A stretch of 64,000 nucleotides of DNA from Octopus vulgaris (lineage: Eukaryota): NCBI GenBank assembly GCA_951406725.2, contig OX597831.1, positions 30,938,001 to 31,002,000 of the forward strand. The letters are read 5' to 3'. Both the position numbers and the translations under genes were made by a program. This document shows positions 9,975 to 22,765 of this stretch, piece by piece. A model generated the notes under the pieces. The model was not told the DNA's origin, made no database searches, and worked only from the letters and a program-made list of their open reading frames with translations. The stretch's first letter is position 1, and every line of letters starts with the position of its first letter.

Positions 9975-10325
9975 GACAGGTTTCTTTCAGTTTGCGTCTA
10001 CCAAATCCACTCACAAGGCTTTGGTCGGCCCGAGGCTATAGTAGAAGACACATACCCAAGATGCCATGCTGTGGGTTGAACCCGGAACCATGTAGTTCGT
10101 AAGCAAGCTACTTACCACACAGTTACTATGCAATTATTTATGGACTATGCAATAATTTATAGGCATAGGAGTAGCTGTGTGGTAAGTAGCTTGCTTACCA
10201 ACCACATGGTTCCGGGTTCAACCCACAGCGTGGCATCTTGGGTATGTGTCTTCTACTATAGCCTCGGGCCGACCAAAGCCTTGTGAGTGGATTTGTTAGA
10301 CGCAAACTGAAAGAAGCCTGTCGTA
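9975..10325. mobile_element. Two head-to-head inverted SINE A 5' halves
   Basis: 9975-10121 (-) and ~10161-10325 (+) are near reverse complements and share diagnostic variants. Confidence 0.8.
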
Positions 10326-10631
10326 TATATGTATATTTATGTATATATGTATGTGTGTGTATGTGTTTGTGTGAAGGGAAAGGCGAAGAGCTAAAGAAAA
10401 AGGTGAGAGAAAAAGAGGGAGAGTGCTGTGTATTATGTCTATAAAATTGTGCATAAAGTATATAAAGTGTATATATAAAGTGCATTAAGTAATCATCGTA
10501 TTCCAATTTCTTTCACTTTTCAATGAGTAGCAGATGAGCGACTTTCTTTCCATCCAGACACAGCACAGGCTACGCTTTCAGGTTTTGTGGATAAAGTTTT
10601 CAAAAATAACCCAATAAGTTTTTCATTAATT

Positions 10632-10658
10632 CCACGAAATGTTCGCGGATCCCGCTAG
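10632..10658 (+). mobile_element. Helitron-like 3' terminus
   Basis: Imperfect hairpin CCACGAA-ATG-TTCGCGG then CTAG followed by T; 5' end not located. Confidence 0.45.
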
Positions 10659-11314
10659 TTAATATGATACCAATATCAATATAAATTTTAATTTATTTAT
10701 TGCCTTGTATTTAAAGAGTTTCACGCTACACCGTACAAATGATAGACTGAAATATGGCTAATATTTTCATGTTTTTCGTTGGGTTATTCAATATCATTAA
10801 CTCGCATCGCGTGTAATTTTGCTGATTCTTGAATGTATCGCTCAGTGAAGAAATCTTTTCTTAGAATTTAGTGTTTCCAAATATTGTTCAAAATATTTCT
10901 TCGATTACAGTCTTCACGAATTTCGCTTCGAGAGAGAGAGAGAGCGATTGCACATTAGTCACTTTGTAGTTTATCAAAATGTTCATGTAATGACGCTAAC
11001 AGACGACATTATAACATTAAATTCTTTGTTTAGGCATGACGTTTTGCTTTTTATTTCTTTTGTTGATGAACAAGGAAATTATAATTTTGTATTTGAGTAC
11101 GTATGAGGTTTGTAAAAATGCATATATGTGTGTGCGTGAGACAGAGAAAGAGAGAATGCATACATATAGACATATATACGCAATCACACACAAGTACAAA
11201 TATTCACGTAAATATTAATGAAAATATTTAAGATTATTTTTATAAAAGCCAAAGCAATGCAAGTTTGTTTAAATTTTTACCTCGTATTCCAATATCGATA
11301 TAAATGTATAAGTA

Positions 11315-11440
11315 GTGTGATTGCGTGTATGTGTGTGTGAGTGGGTATGTGTGTGTGTGAGTGTGTATGTGTGTGTGTGAGTGTGCATGCACGTTTGTCT
11401 CTATCGGATTAAATCTTGAAATATCGACACCATATATGCA

Positions 11441-11520
<80 letters not shown>

Positions 11521-11733
11521 CATACATACATATATATATGTATATATATATGTACACATAGATATATATATACATACATATATATACATATATATATATA
11601 TGTACATATATATATACATATATATATACATATATATATATATAGATATATATATATATAGTATGTATGTATGTATGTATGTATGTATGTATATATGTAT
11701 ATGTATGTATGGCTAGCTAGCTAGCTAGCTAAC

Positions 11734-11786
<53 letters not shown>

Positions 11787-11790
11787 GGAC
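11315..11790. repeat. Compound microsatellite (TG)n/(TA)n/(TATG)n/(CTAG)n/(GATA)n
   Basis: Directly visible. Confidence 0.95.
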
Positions 11791-12554
11791 TGAAGGACGG
11801 ACGAATGTATAGATATGTGTATGCGCGAGACAGTGTTCCGAGAGCGTTCAAAATTTTTCAGATATATCTAATTAAAATTGTATGCAAATGTACACAATTT
11901 TAATTAGCTATATCAGAAAACAAGTAAATGTGGTGTAAACAACATACGTACATGCATGTATGTATGTATGTATGTATGTATGTATGTATGTATGTATGTG
12001 TGTGTGTATGTATATATATATATATATACACATGCATAATACATACATAGAGAGACACAAACACTACCCCACCACATAATATAACGTACAATACAAAATA
12101 TAGATACTAATAATATAATTATCCGTATTTGACTCTAAGCTTTCAGTTCTCAGATGTTTTATGCTATTCATATACAATAATCAATTGAGGAAAATGAGAT
12201 ATATAATCATATACAACAGACACAGTAACACGTTGTTTTGTTTTGGTTTTGGTTTTCCTTTTACCTCGTAAAAGAACGGAAATGCCATGGAACAATAGAA
12301 AACGACCCAAACTAAGTTTAATATATAAATATTTACATTTGTCGCAGAGAAGATGTAAATAAACTAACATTATATTACCTTATAATTCTCTAAGAATTTG
12401 AGTAAACATTAATCCTTGAATTTTATAGAAGGCTATAGCAAAAAATGCATCATACCTTTCAATTATAATTTTAATGTTTATGATTGTAAGACAGCTCTAT
12501 TTCCATTGATGATTGTCTATATAACACATGAATATCAAAGTCTGAAATTCTGTT

Positions 12555-12591
<37 letters not shown>

Positions 12592-12593
<2 letters not shown>

Positions 12594-13001
12594 TCTTTAC
12601 TCTTTACTCTTTTACTTGTTTCAGTCATTTGACAGTGGCCATGCTGGAGCACCGACTTTAGTCGAGCAAATCGACCCCAGGACTTATTCTTTGTAAGCCT
12701 AGTACTTATTCTATCGGTCTCTTTTGCTGAACCGCTAAGTTACGGGGGTCGTAAACACACCAGCAAGCGATGTTGGGGGGACAAACAGAGACACACAAAC
12801 ATATGTACACACACACACATATACATATATACATACATACGACAGGCTTTTTTCAGTTTGCGTCTACCAAATCCACTCACAAAGCTTTGGCTGGCCCAAG
12901 GCTATAGTAGAAGACACTTGCCCAAGGTGCCACGTAGTGGGACTGAACCCGGAACCATGTGGTTGGTAAACAAGCTACTTACCACACAGCCACTCCTACG
13001 C
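12592..13001 (-). mobile_element. SINE family A, full length
   Basis: Reverse complement of the 8951-9396 type, between (TA)n tracts. Confidence 0.9.
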
Positions 13002-13002
13002 C

Positions 13003-13034
<32 letters not shown>

Positions 13035-13040
13035 ATATAT

Positions 13041-13245
13041 ATAAAGTTAATCCAAACAAGAAAACACAAAAAAACAAGAACGCGAGGACGTGGAACAAAT
13101 GTAGTATTATTGGACGCTCAGGAAAGAAGGGAAGAAGGAGGGTTTAACGTTTCGAGCGGAGCTCTTCGTCGGAAACATAGGAGAAGGAAAGATCCCGAGA
13201 AGGGAAAGACAGAGGGAAATAAAAATCGCCAACGGTACACACGTG
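13041..13245 (-). mobile_element. Short PLE pLTR-like insert with hammerhead fold (family b)
   Basis: Minus strand GTTT CCGACGA A GAGC TCC GCTC GAAAC GTT AAAC (13142-13176); copy at 50012-50226. Confidence 0.75.
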
Positions 13246-13451
13246 TTCGCCCAAATAGATTTTTTAAAAAAGCAAGGAAGAAGTCTCTTTCATTGGGATT
13301 TAACAGCATGACTTTGGGTGTGACGTACGTAAATGTGTATGTGTTCCTGCTCACTAATTCATCTGTATGCAAAATATGCGTGAACTTAATTATCTTCATT
13401 TAAATGAATGTACATGTACACCTGTTCGTATATGTAATATGTAAATAATTC

Positions 13452-13665
13452 GAAGGCGCCGAGCTGGTAAAATCGTTGCCACGCTAGCTGAAATGCTTAG
13501 GGGCAGTTCTTCTGTCTTTACGTTCTGAGTTCAAATTCTGCCGAGGTCGACTTTGCTTTGCATCATTTCGGGGTCATAAGATAAGTATTTCTTGTACAGT
13601 GGTGTCGATGTAATCTACTTACTACCTTCCTTAAAATTTACTGGGCCTGTGTCAAAATGTGAAAG
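13452..13665 (+). mobile_element. SINE family B (older variant)
   Basis: GAAGGCGCCGAGCTGG head and GAGGTCGACTTTGC domain. Confidence 0.75.
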
Positions 13666-14185
13666 CGTGTAAATCATTCTACAGATTAAATGTCCAGAAT
13701 GTTTTACGTATTTTCTCAGTTCCGAGTTCCATTAATGACTTGTAATTGAAATGATTTAATTAGCAATGTCCTTTGTGTTTATTGTGAAGTTCAGCTTCTC
13801 GAGCTTAGTTTTGATATCGTTAATTACAAAACCAAGCATCCTTATTAATCACTGGCATAAGTCCGAGTGTCACTCGTGCAGATTTTTCATTAGTTCCACA
13901 TAGATGTTTTCGTTTCTTTTATGTTGCATATGATGTTACAGATAATACATAATGTTATATTAACATGAAGTAACTGATTGCTACGTCAGTGGAGATTTTC
14001 TCTTCTTTGTATAAGAACATTAAGCCCGTTCTTATGCTGCTAAAAGAGGTTTAGACATCATTTTATATCCTAATGTTGGATAAATGATTTAACGAAGCAG
14101 GGTGAAAGAAAGTATTCACACAATGGCCTACTATTACTGTTACACAAGGTTAAGCGCTCTCTGCTAACGGCTCACAGTGAACTGC

Positions 14186-15715
14186 TTTATTTTATGATAT
14201 TGGCTATGGAAGCCGTACATAGAGGAGACAGCACAAGGTGGGGACAAAAAACAAAACGAATGGGAAGGATGAATTGAATATAATGTAAAAGGAAATGAAG
14301 TTATTCGGCTCCCACCTCCTACCGACTTTATTGAACCTGTTAATATAACCTTTTTTAAAAAAAAAAACACTAGTTTATATACTAATATTGACAATGCCAT
14401 TGTAGCAGCTAATTTCCACTTTCTTGGAAAATGTCTGTTAAGTTCCTTTAAAATATATGCATAAATTACCCTTTTAGGCATTATGCTGATGTCCATTTTC
14501 TAAAGGCACCAATCAAAGTCAATTTCTTCCACGTAATTCCTCAATCTCGAGAGGTACTCTGGATCTGCCACTGCACAGCAAACGTCCTCGGGCAACCCCT
14601 TACCCTTGTTCCATCCACTTCTATTGCTCTGTCCCATGTCTTTATCTCATTACAAAGTTCTTCCTTTTTTTCTTTTGTACAATTTTACAAATTTATCCAA
14701 GGGTCGGGGTGGGGAAATTTGGGGCTCCTGTGTGTTCGTGCTTGTGTTTATGTCAGGCGAAGTATGGAGAGGATTGCTGTCAGTAGAGAGTAGTTGGAAT
14801 AGGTTGGGAGTTGGTGGGAGCCGGCTAGCTGTGGAATGGGGGTCATCCTTTACTGCGAGTGTGTTTTTTCTCTTCTTGTTTTCCCGCTGTTTCCCAGCCG
14901 GTATTCACCCCCTCTTCTTCGACGCTGGTACTGGGTTTTGTCTGTGGTACTGTTTCAATCTCCTTCTCGTGCTCCTCCTCAGCCTCCACGGGCAGTGGAG
15001 TACCAACAACTTTCTCGCTCTCTTGCCTCTCCTTAGCCTTCACAGGTGGTGGAGGACAATCCGCTCTAATGTGACCTTTCAGGCCACATTTGTAGCACCG
15101 CGGAATCCTCCCTTCCACTCTAACTCTTAGTGTCATTTCTCCGCCCGTAATGGTCTCTACCATATTTTCAGTGTCTCCCAGGGCCACCTGTATTACCATG
15201 TCTAGGCTCTGCACTTGCCAGTCCCTGTAGGGTGTTCTGATGGCCTGAGGGATCACTCCCCTCTCCTCCATGCCTAGCAGTATGGCAGCCACCAGCCAGG
15301 CTACATTCACTTCTGGGGGTACATCTTCTACCCTAACCCTGGAAGCCCGTCTCCCAAGGTATACGGGTAGAAGCACACCTTCGTCAGTTTTTAATGGTGT
15401 TGCTGAGTGCAGTCTGGCGGTAGCTATCTCCCGAAACTGCACCTCCATCGTTCCAAACTTTCTTCCCCTAGGAAATCCCTTGCCAGCCTGGTCTCGGCGC
15501 CTTTTCAACTTGGGTTGTTGACACTACTTCAATTTTTTCGTTGCCACCGCGTATGTTCTATAAATAAATGTCCTCTCATTTTGTTCTTTTAAAACTTTTT
15601 TAGGGTGGGGAACACCTTCACATTTTCCTTTTGCTGCTTCAGTATAATTTTTTTGTTTCTATTTCCTTGTCAATTTTATTCAGACACTTCACCAATTCTT
15701 CCTCAGATGACACAA
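14186..15715 (-). mobile_element. Second, diverged ORF1-only retroposon
   Basis: ORF1 homologous to 3285-4268; same 3' hairpin plus AATAAA terminus at 14186-14222; 5' side abuts a mariner fragment; no RT seen between ORF and 3' end. Confidence 0.7.
14843..15625 (-). pseudogene. Frameshifted gag/ORF1-like CCHC protein
   Basis: EGRIPRCYKCGLKGHIRADCP; an upstream frame gives VFPTLKKVLKEQNERTFIYRTY, which aligns to IIPPKKWLKDREDRTVVLRTY of copy 1; disrupted near 15480-15530. Confidence 0.75.
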
Positions 15716-16338
15716 AGTCTGAACAAGTTTTAATCGTTTTCGACACAATCAAGGAGATCTTATGCAACTGAAACCCGAGTGTCTTTTTGGTCAGCTGAAA
15801 GCACTTTTTGCACAAGCTTGGCAGACACGCGTCTCATACCCAATATTCAGTGATAATGAACTGAACTGAACCGTAACTAATCTACGCATCCTCTGATAAC
15901 TCACAGATGGTGATTCGACGATTTCCCCTCACAGCTGCGCGCACATTTGCGATGTTTTTCTCAAATCTGCTGGTAGTAGATCTCCCAGAACGTTCTTCAC
16001 TATCGACATGTTTCGGCCATCTTGGAAACATCTGAACCACTTGTACACTTGTGTGCGACTCATGCATTCGTCTCCATACATTTCCTGCAACTTTTCGTAG
16101 GCCTATGAATAGGTATCGCCATGACAAACATTTTTTGTCATGGCCAATGCAACGATCACATGTTACATACGTTATGTCCAAGCACTGCTGTAAAAAGGAG
16201 ATGTAAGCTAGAACGTTAAAACTTAGTGTGCATGCACAACAGAGATCGAGGTCAATCTGTATCAAGCAGCATTACTCTGCGTGCTTTAGCTTCGTTACTA
16301 TGGCAACGGTCCGGATACTTATTGATCAGATCACATAT
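15715..16338 (-). mobile_element. Mariner (Tc1/mariner) 5' fragment, decayed transposase
   Basis: TIR-like TATGTGATCTGATCAATAAGTATCCGGAC; translation DSEERSGRSTTS...NRRITICELSE, then GMRRVSAKLVQKVLSADQK. Confidence 0.8.
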
Positions 16339-16679
16339 CGGCCACTACAGCAGCTACATATTACCTTGATGACATTTTCGAACAGTTAATCGTAATATGA
16401 GTCACATCATTGATGTTACTGCACAGAAACCGACTCGAGTGGCACATCCAGAGGTTTTATGTACAACATTCCTCTTTTTCTACATCAATAGTTTGTTGCT
16501 ACTGTCATTTCAGGATTGCAAAAGTTGAAGGGTGTTTGATAGGAAATAAACTACTCTCTTACTGTCGCTCTGTAATTTCTTCCAAAATAGTTATGCATGA
16601 CCCACTGCTGATAAGCAGAAGAAAAGTCTTTCATTTGATGTTCTAATATTGCAGAGCAAAGCAAATACTTTAGTTGTAT

Positions 16680-16985
16680 CTTCTTTCTTCTTCTTATTAG
16701 CAGCTTTCACCTGGGGTGGGTTGAGCTGGCTTCATTCATCCTCAATGCTGCATCTCTCACAAACGCCGACTAGGCTTGGCGATTTGAGGCTAACGGCCTC
16801 GTGATCTCCAACCACTCCTTATTCCAGCGGCGAACGCCGTAGATATGGGGGCCTAGGTTGGGTTCCAGATTAGCCTTGACCGTCATCAGCCAGGTTTTTC
16901 GTTGTCCACCACATCGCTTTCGCCAACCCTGAAGGGAAGCTGGGGCAATTGCTTCGTAGATGAATTCTCCTAGTTGTATCCCTGA
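16680..16985 (-). mobile_element. RTE-clade LINE 3' fragment
   Basis: WRKRCGGQRKTWLMTVKANLEPNLGPHIYGVRRWNKEW matches an RTE ORF C-terminus; (AAG)n-like tail. Confidence 0.7.
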
Positions 16986-18498
16986 CCCAAGGAATACTTT
17001 CTGAGGATCTTTCCAACCATTATAACCTCATTTGTCTCATTTACACACAATTGATTCCTCAAAGGAACTTGATGCATTATAGATGCTGTTGAAGAGAAGT
17101 AACGCTGCTTGAATCAATCTTAAACCATTGCCTCATTGTATCTTTGTTTTAGGCAGAGTTACTCTAGATACCAGAATTTCAAGAGTAATTCACGAGTTAT
17201 ATATATTCAATGACTCGAACCTCAATTATCAAGCAATTGGGTATCCCAAATGTTATTTATGTGAAGTGAGGCACTCAGAACATCGTGCTCTACTGCCTTA
17301 TTGTATGCAGAGAACCCTGATTACTATACATTCTTTCAACTGAGTGCAATTATCTCTGGATATGTGTTCTTTGATACAAATGTAATCGTATGGCTTATGT
17401 TGATCCTTTATTAGATACTGGTCGATTTCCTTATCGGATACTTAGAAAATTGTCAGACAATTGACAGAGCTAATACTGGACTGGCACGTAAGTCTTTTTT
17501 TAATTTTACAATCAAGAAAGAACATTTATTTTGACATAGATTAAGGGACATATATTTTGATAATTTTGTAACTAGATCAAGACTTTTTGTCATACATATT
17601 TTAAGTAATTGACAAAGTAACTAATTTTCATGTTTCCGACCTCCTGCGGACCAATTACATGCTATTCAGACATCCTTAACATAAACAATAACAGGTTTAC
17701 TGCATTTCTAAACAGCAACATGCATAGAGACATCAACTCCTTGAAATATACGCTTGTGATACTTTATGCTATCTCAGCGAATACAATCGCTTCCTGTATT
17801 TCATTTCAGAATGCTAGCTCGGGATGAAGCCAAACTGTCTGCGGTTTTGATTATCGTCTCGAGAAATTTAGCAATTCGAAAGCCTGAAACATCAAGATAA
17901 TACGAAAAGAATCGAAAGTTTCCTTGTAATCCGTAATCCAGCCATACTGTTGCCAATTTTTCCTATGAGTCTCACCTCTAACAGCACAGTTTTGTTGGTT
18001 AGGAATTGCACAGCGCATCACGAAATTCGTTTCTTCCCATCTGCTTATTCGTCTGTAATGATATTGCTATTATCATAGTGATCTTAGGGGAATAAATGCT
18101 GACAGGCTATCTGCAGTTTATATAATGGGTTTCGGCTTTCAGTTCGTTAGTATGCATGATTCTTTTTTAAATCAGGCCAATTTCTGCTAATGCCAGCTAG
18201 GTTGTTATTAATATATCCCAGCGAGCGGTTCCTAGAGGAGAGCTTTTTTTTTTATATAGAACACACACGCGCGCATATGTATTCATATACGTGGCTGACA
18301 GTTACTGAATGGGAGGAGAGAGTAGCTTCTAACTTTGAGCATGTTGAGGAATTATTTCATACAGTAAAGAGCATACATATATTTCTATATATTTCTTTTT
18401 TTTTTAAGTCTTTGGTGGTCATAAATAAGAGTATTTCGCCATCCTTTTGGACTCATCAGCTTGACAAAACTTGAAACTTGAAATTAAGTAATCTAATA

Positions 18499-18905
18499 AG
18501 GCGTTGGAGTGGCTGTGTGGTAAGTAGCTTGCTTACCAACCCCATAGTTCCAGGTTCAGTCCCACTGCGTGGTACCTTGAGCAAGTGTCTTCTACTATAG
18601 CCTCGGGCCGACCAAAGCCTTGTGAGTGGATTTGGTAGACGGAAACTGAAAGAAGCCCGTCGCGCATATGCGTATATATGTATGTGTTTGTGTGTCTGTG
18701 TTTGTTCCCCAACATCGCTTGACAACCTAATGCTGGTGTGTTTACGTCCTCATTAAGTTAGCCGTTCGGCAAGAAAGACCGATAGAATAAGTACTAGGCT
18801 TACAAAGAATAAGTCTTGGGGTCGATTTGTTCGACTAAAGCCGGTGCTCCAGCATGGCCACAGTCAAATGACTGAAACAAGTAAAAGAGTAAAAAGAGTA
18901 AGAGT
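18499..18905 (+). mobile_element. SINE family A, full length
   Basis: High similarity to 8951-9396. Confidence 0.9.
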
Positions 18906-18929
18906 AATGTTTTTCCATTTTTATTTCAT

Positions 18930-18963
<34 letters not shown>

Positions 18964-18965
<2 letters not shown>

Positions 18966-19136
18966 CCACTACACACATTTTCTTCTCTCCTTGTTTTTTC
19001 TGTGTCCCTTTCTGTAGAAGAGCGTAGGCTCGAAACGTAAAATACTTTTTCTATTCCTGAGCGTTATACTAATACATCTGTTTGTTTTGTACACCACCTG
19101 TCTTCGTCTTTTGTTTTTTTCGTAAACTCTCCCTAT
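18964..19136 (+). mobile_element. PLE pLTR-like insert family a, copy 2
   Basis: TTT CTGTAGA A GAGC GTAG GCTC GAAAC GTA AAA at 19009-19042; flanked by TA repeats. Confidence 0.7.
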
Positions 19137-19782
19137 TTATATATACATATATATTCTCTTTTAATCGTTCTTACACAAGTAAGAACGACAGAAGTCAATT
19201 TTTTGTGCTACTAGCCTGCAACCAAGTCTTTACACTTCCCTGAATTTTTTTTTCTTTTTATCGCCGTCTCAGCGATGTCATCATTTTTCTTTTCCGTGTT
19301 ATGTAAACGCCATGCCTCATCCAGATTCATTCTCACTTAATATATCCCAATCAAATTCTTTTTTCTTTTTCATTCTCTCTTTTACTCCAGAATTAATCTC
19401 TATCTTCATGAAAGAAGAATAGTCTCTGATTTTTATTATCTGTCCTTTGATTTCCCTACAGACTAATGATTGATTTCCACTAAATTTATTGTTAATTATT
19501 TTTATTTTAGTTACTCTGTTCTGATTACGTGTTTTCCTTACTGACAGCTTTTAATTCCTGTTTAAGGGTGATCGATTCATATTCAAGTGCACTTTTTACT
19601 ATCTCTAATATTTTTTTCTATCAAATATTTCAATTTTTCTAAACAAGAAGAGTAATTGTTTGTTTATTTTTTGATGTGTGTCCCTATATAAACGACAGCC
19701 TTCCATAGATCAACGACGTTTTTCTTTTCTGTTTTCAGTAGCTTTGATAGCATTTTTTATTGTTTTCACTTTGCTTCTTCAG

Positions 19783-20075
19783 TGAAGACGTATGGCTTAG
19801 TGTTTACGGGTATTCGGCTCATGATCGTAAGGTCGTGAGTTCGATTCCTGGCGGCGAGTTGTGTCCTTGAACAAAACACTTTATTTCCACGTTGCTCCAG
19901 TCCACTCAGCTGACAAAAATGAATTGTACAAGTAGTTCAAAAGACCAGTCTCGTCACAGTCTGTGTCACGCTGAATCTTCATGGGAACTACGTTATGGGT
20001 AAGCGTGTCTATGGAGTACTCAAACACTGATCGGATCAACTGGAACCCACGTCATCGTAACCTACAGAATGCAAG
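19783..20075 (+). mobile_element. SINE family C (CORE-like)
   Basis: TGGCTTAGTG A-box, GAGTTCGATTCC B-box, TGTGTCCTTGAACAAAACACTT core. Confidence 0.75.
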
Positions 20076-20534
20076 TTCAGCTTCTTTAGAATCTTCTAAA
20101 AGCGGTGTTCCAGCATGGCCACAGTCAAATGACTGAAACAAGTAAAAGAGTAAAAAACAAATAAGGGTTGAGAGAATTTATAGCCTGGATAAAGGCTGTA
20201 AGTTTCGCACTGGTGCAGCATAAATGCTCTGTTTTTACAACTTTAGACTTCACATACGATGTGCAGCTGATTTGGCAACATGTCAGAATATTCAGGTCTG
20301 TTGTGTTTGTACTGGATTGCTGCATTTACAGCAACATTACACCGGTTTTCCTTATCTTTGACGGTGTGATGACCGTCTGATGTTCACATGCCTTCAACAT
20401 GACCGACGGAACAATTGCTATGATCACTTTAAAGGTGTTGTTACGTACTATAATCATGCGGATATTATTGGAGAATTGGTTACACTGCAGCTTTCTTTCA
20501 CAAATAGTTTGTGTAAAATGTAAGAGTAGGCGCA

Positions 20535-21230
20535 GTTTGCAATGATTTACGCCCGCAACTATAGCAGGCCTGATCTGTATATTACCTTCACATGCAGTCT
20601 TACAGGCCAGAGATCATAGTAAAGTAAAGCGCTTATACTTGGTCAAACAGTCCTACACCGACATGACTTTCTTGTGAGAGTGTTTCGCCAGAAAGTTATT
20701 TCATTTATAAATCACATCATGAAAGATGCTGTTTTTAAAGATGGCTGGCATTGAGAGATTGCTGACTGAATGGGCGGCAGTATGGATTGTCGCACCTCCG
20801 CATTTCGCTTTGATCTGCTTTACAATTAAGATTTTTACGATAGAAGTAAATCACATGAGTGCAGAGATTCCGAATTCTATTAAGACAAAATATTGTGTAA
20901 ACTGGCGATGAATAATATGCTCCTAGTCCCTGTGGTCAACACAATGCGCATTCTTCTTCCACGAAAGCGATAAAATGCTCAAAAAAAGTATCCTAAGTCC
21001 TTTCGCCAAGAAGCTCAGACATATCAGAATGGATATACTTTGTAGTGGAGAGGTCCAGGAGGTGGAGGTTTCAGCGTATCTCATAAAATGCAGCAACAAG
21101 AAAATGTCATTGGTACCCAACAATCGCCTGTTTTTGTGCATTCTCCAAGACTACATCAACCCTAAAGTCTACAATGCAGTCAAATCTATCAAGTATATCC
21201 TTAAATACATAATTAAAGGTAGCGATCTAG
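20535..21230 (+). pseudogene. Helitron Rep (HUH endonuclease) domain, decayed
   Basis: Across frameshifts: AMIYARNYSRPDLYITFTC (motif 1), GQTVLHRHDFLVRVFRQK, EW..GLSHLRI (degenerate HUH), SAEIPN, KYPKSF, VPNN...AVKSIKYILKYIIKGSD (motif 3 YxxKY). Confidence 0.85.
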
Positions 21231-21319
21231 TTTGGAGGTGTAGTGCGAAGTACTCAAACATGTTTACATATGATAACGGTAGCCTCTCGTAGTCCGGAGA
21301 AAAACGTTTCTGTTACTTC

Positions 21320-21555
21320 TTATTTCTTTACTGCCCACAAGGGGCTACACACAGAGAGGACAAACAAAGACAAACAAACGGATTGAGTCGATTACATCGA
21401 CTCCAGTGCGTAACTGGTACATAAATTATCGACCTCGAAAGGATGAAAGGCAAAGTCGACCTCGGCGGAATTTGAACTCAGAACGTAACGGCAGGCGAAA
21501 TACCGCTAAGCATTTTGGTCCGGCGTGCTAACGTTTCTGCCGGCTCGGCGCCTTC
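21320..21555 (-). mobile_element. SINE family B monomer
   Basis: Reverse complement of the 7428-7636 type. Confidence 0.85.
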
Positions 21556-22249
21556 AACAAGTAACAGATGTTTCTATTACTTCTTGCTAAACAACCTGCA
21601 CCGATAATTTGTTTGTTGTGTTGTCTAATGTTTGTACTATACATTAGCAAACCCCCCTCATCAAATTGACGTTGCCTGATCAGGTGCACGGTGTACCATA
21701 AGTCAGGTGCTGAAGTGATTGCAGAGCAATATGAGATGGAGTGGTTTGCGAGGCCAAGTATCAGAGTGGCTGTTCTAACACATCTCCACCGCTAGCTTCC
21801 GGAGCAACGCCTTTTTCTATTTTGTCTGCTGGGGTCACAAGGCGGTCTGAATTACAGGAAATTGTACGTTCCACACCTTAGTGTAAAGTCATCCCATATA
21901 TTTTGCTCTTATTACCTCACGAACATTCGAAATACAGAAATGCATGTGGTATTTGCAACCTTAATTAAGATAGTGAGAAACGTATTTCCTTCTCGTAATT
22001 GAAAATATTATTAATAGAAAAGTATCATATTAATCAACGTTTGTGTGCGTATTATAGGAAAAGTATACTTCTAGAATATGAACTATCACATAAATGCTTC
22101 ATAATTTATCTGATAACGAGATTAATGTATAGGACGGAAGATACTTCCAAATCCTAACCGCTTGTTATCATGACACAGCGATTGTATATAAGTGGATATC
22201 TGTATGCATATTGTGTGTCATAAGCACACTGACACACGCATGCACGCAC

Positions 22250-22289
<40 letters not shown>

Positions 22290-22364
22290 TTACTGAACAA
22301 GAGATTCTAAAAGCAGTCGTTTGACCTGTTAGAACTAGCAGCTAAATATACCTAAAATCAAACT

Positions 22365-22765
22365 TATTTAATCGACCCCGAAAGGATGAAAGGCAAAGTC
22401 GACCTAGGCGGAATTTGAACTCAGAACGTAACGGCAGACGAAATACCTATTTCATTACTGCCCACAAGGGGCTAAACACAGAGGGGACAAACAAGGACAG
22501 ACAAAGGTATTAAGTCGATTATATCGACCCCAGTGCGAAACTGGTACTTAATTTATCGACCCCGAAAGGATGAAAGGCAAAGTCAACCTCGGCGGAATTT
22601 GAACTCAGAACGTAACGACAGACGAAATACTGCTAGGCATTTTGCCCGGCGTGCTAACGATTCTGCCAGCTTGCCGCCTTTGCCAGCTTGCCGCCTTTGC
22701 CAGCTTGCCGCCTTTGCCAGCTTGCCGCCTTTGCCAGCTTGCCGCCTTTGCCAGCTTGCCGCCTT
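22365..22765 (-). mobile_element. SINE family B dimer with 5' 17-bp stutter
   Basis: Junction at 22448/22447; six perfect copies of TGCCAGCTTGCCGCCTT at 22664-22765. Confidence 0.9.

Noticed and set aside
22664-22765. CRISPR-like regular repeat
   Set aside because: No spacers; direct tandem copies of a SINE 5' end in eukaryotic DNA.
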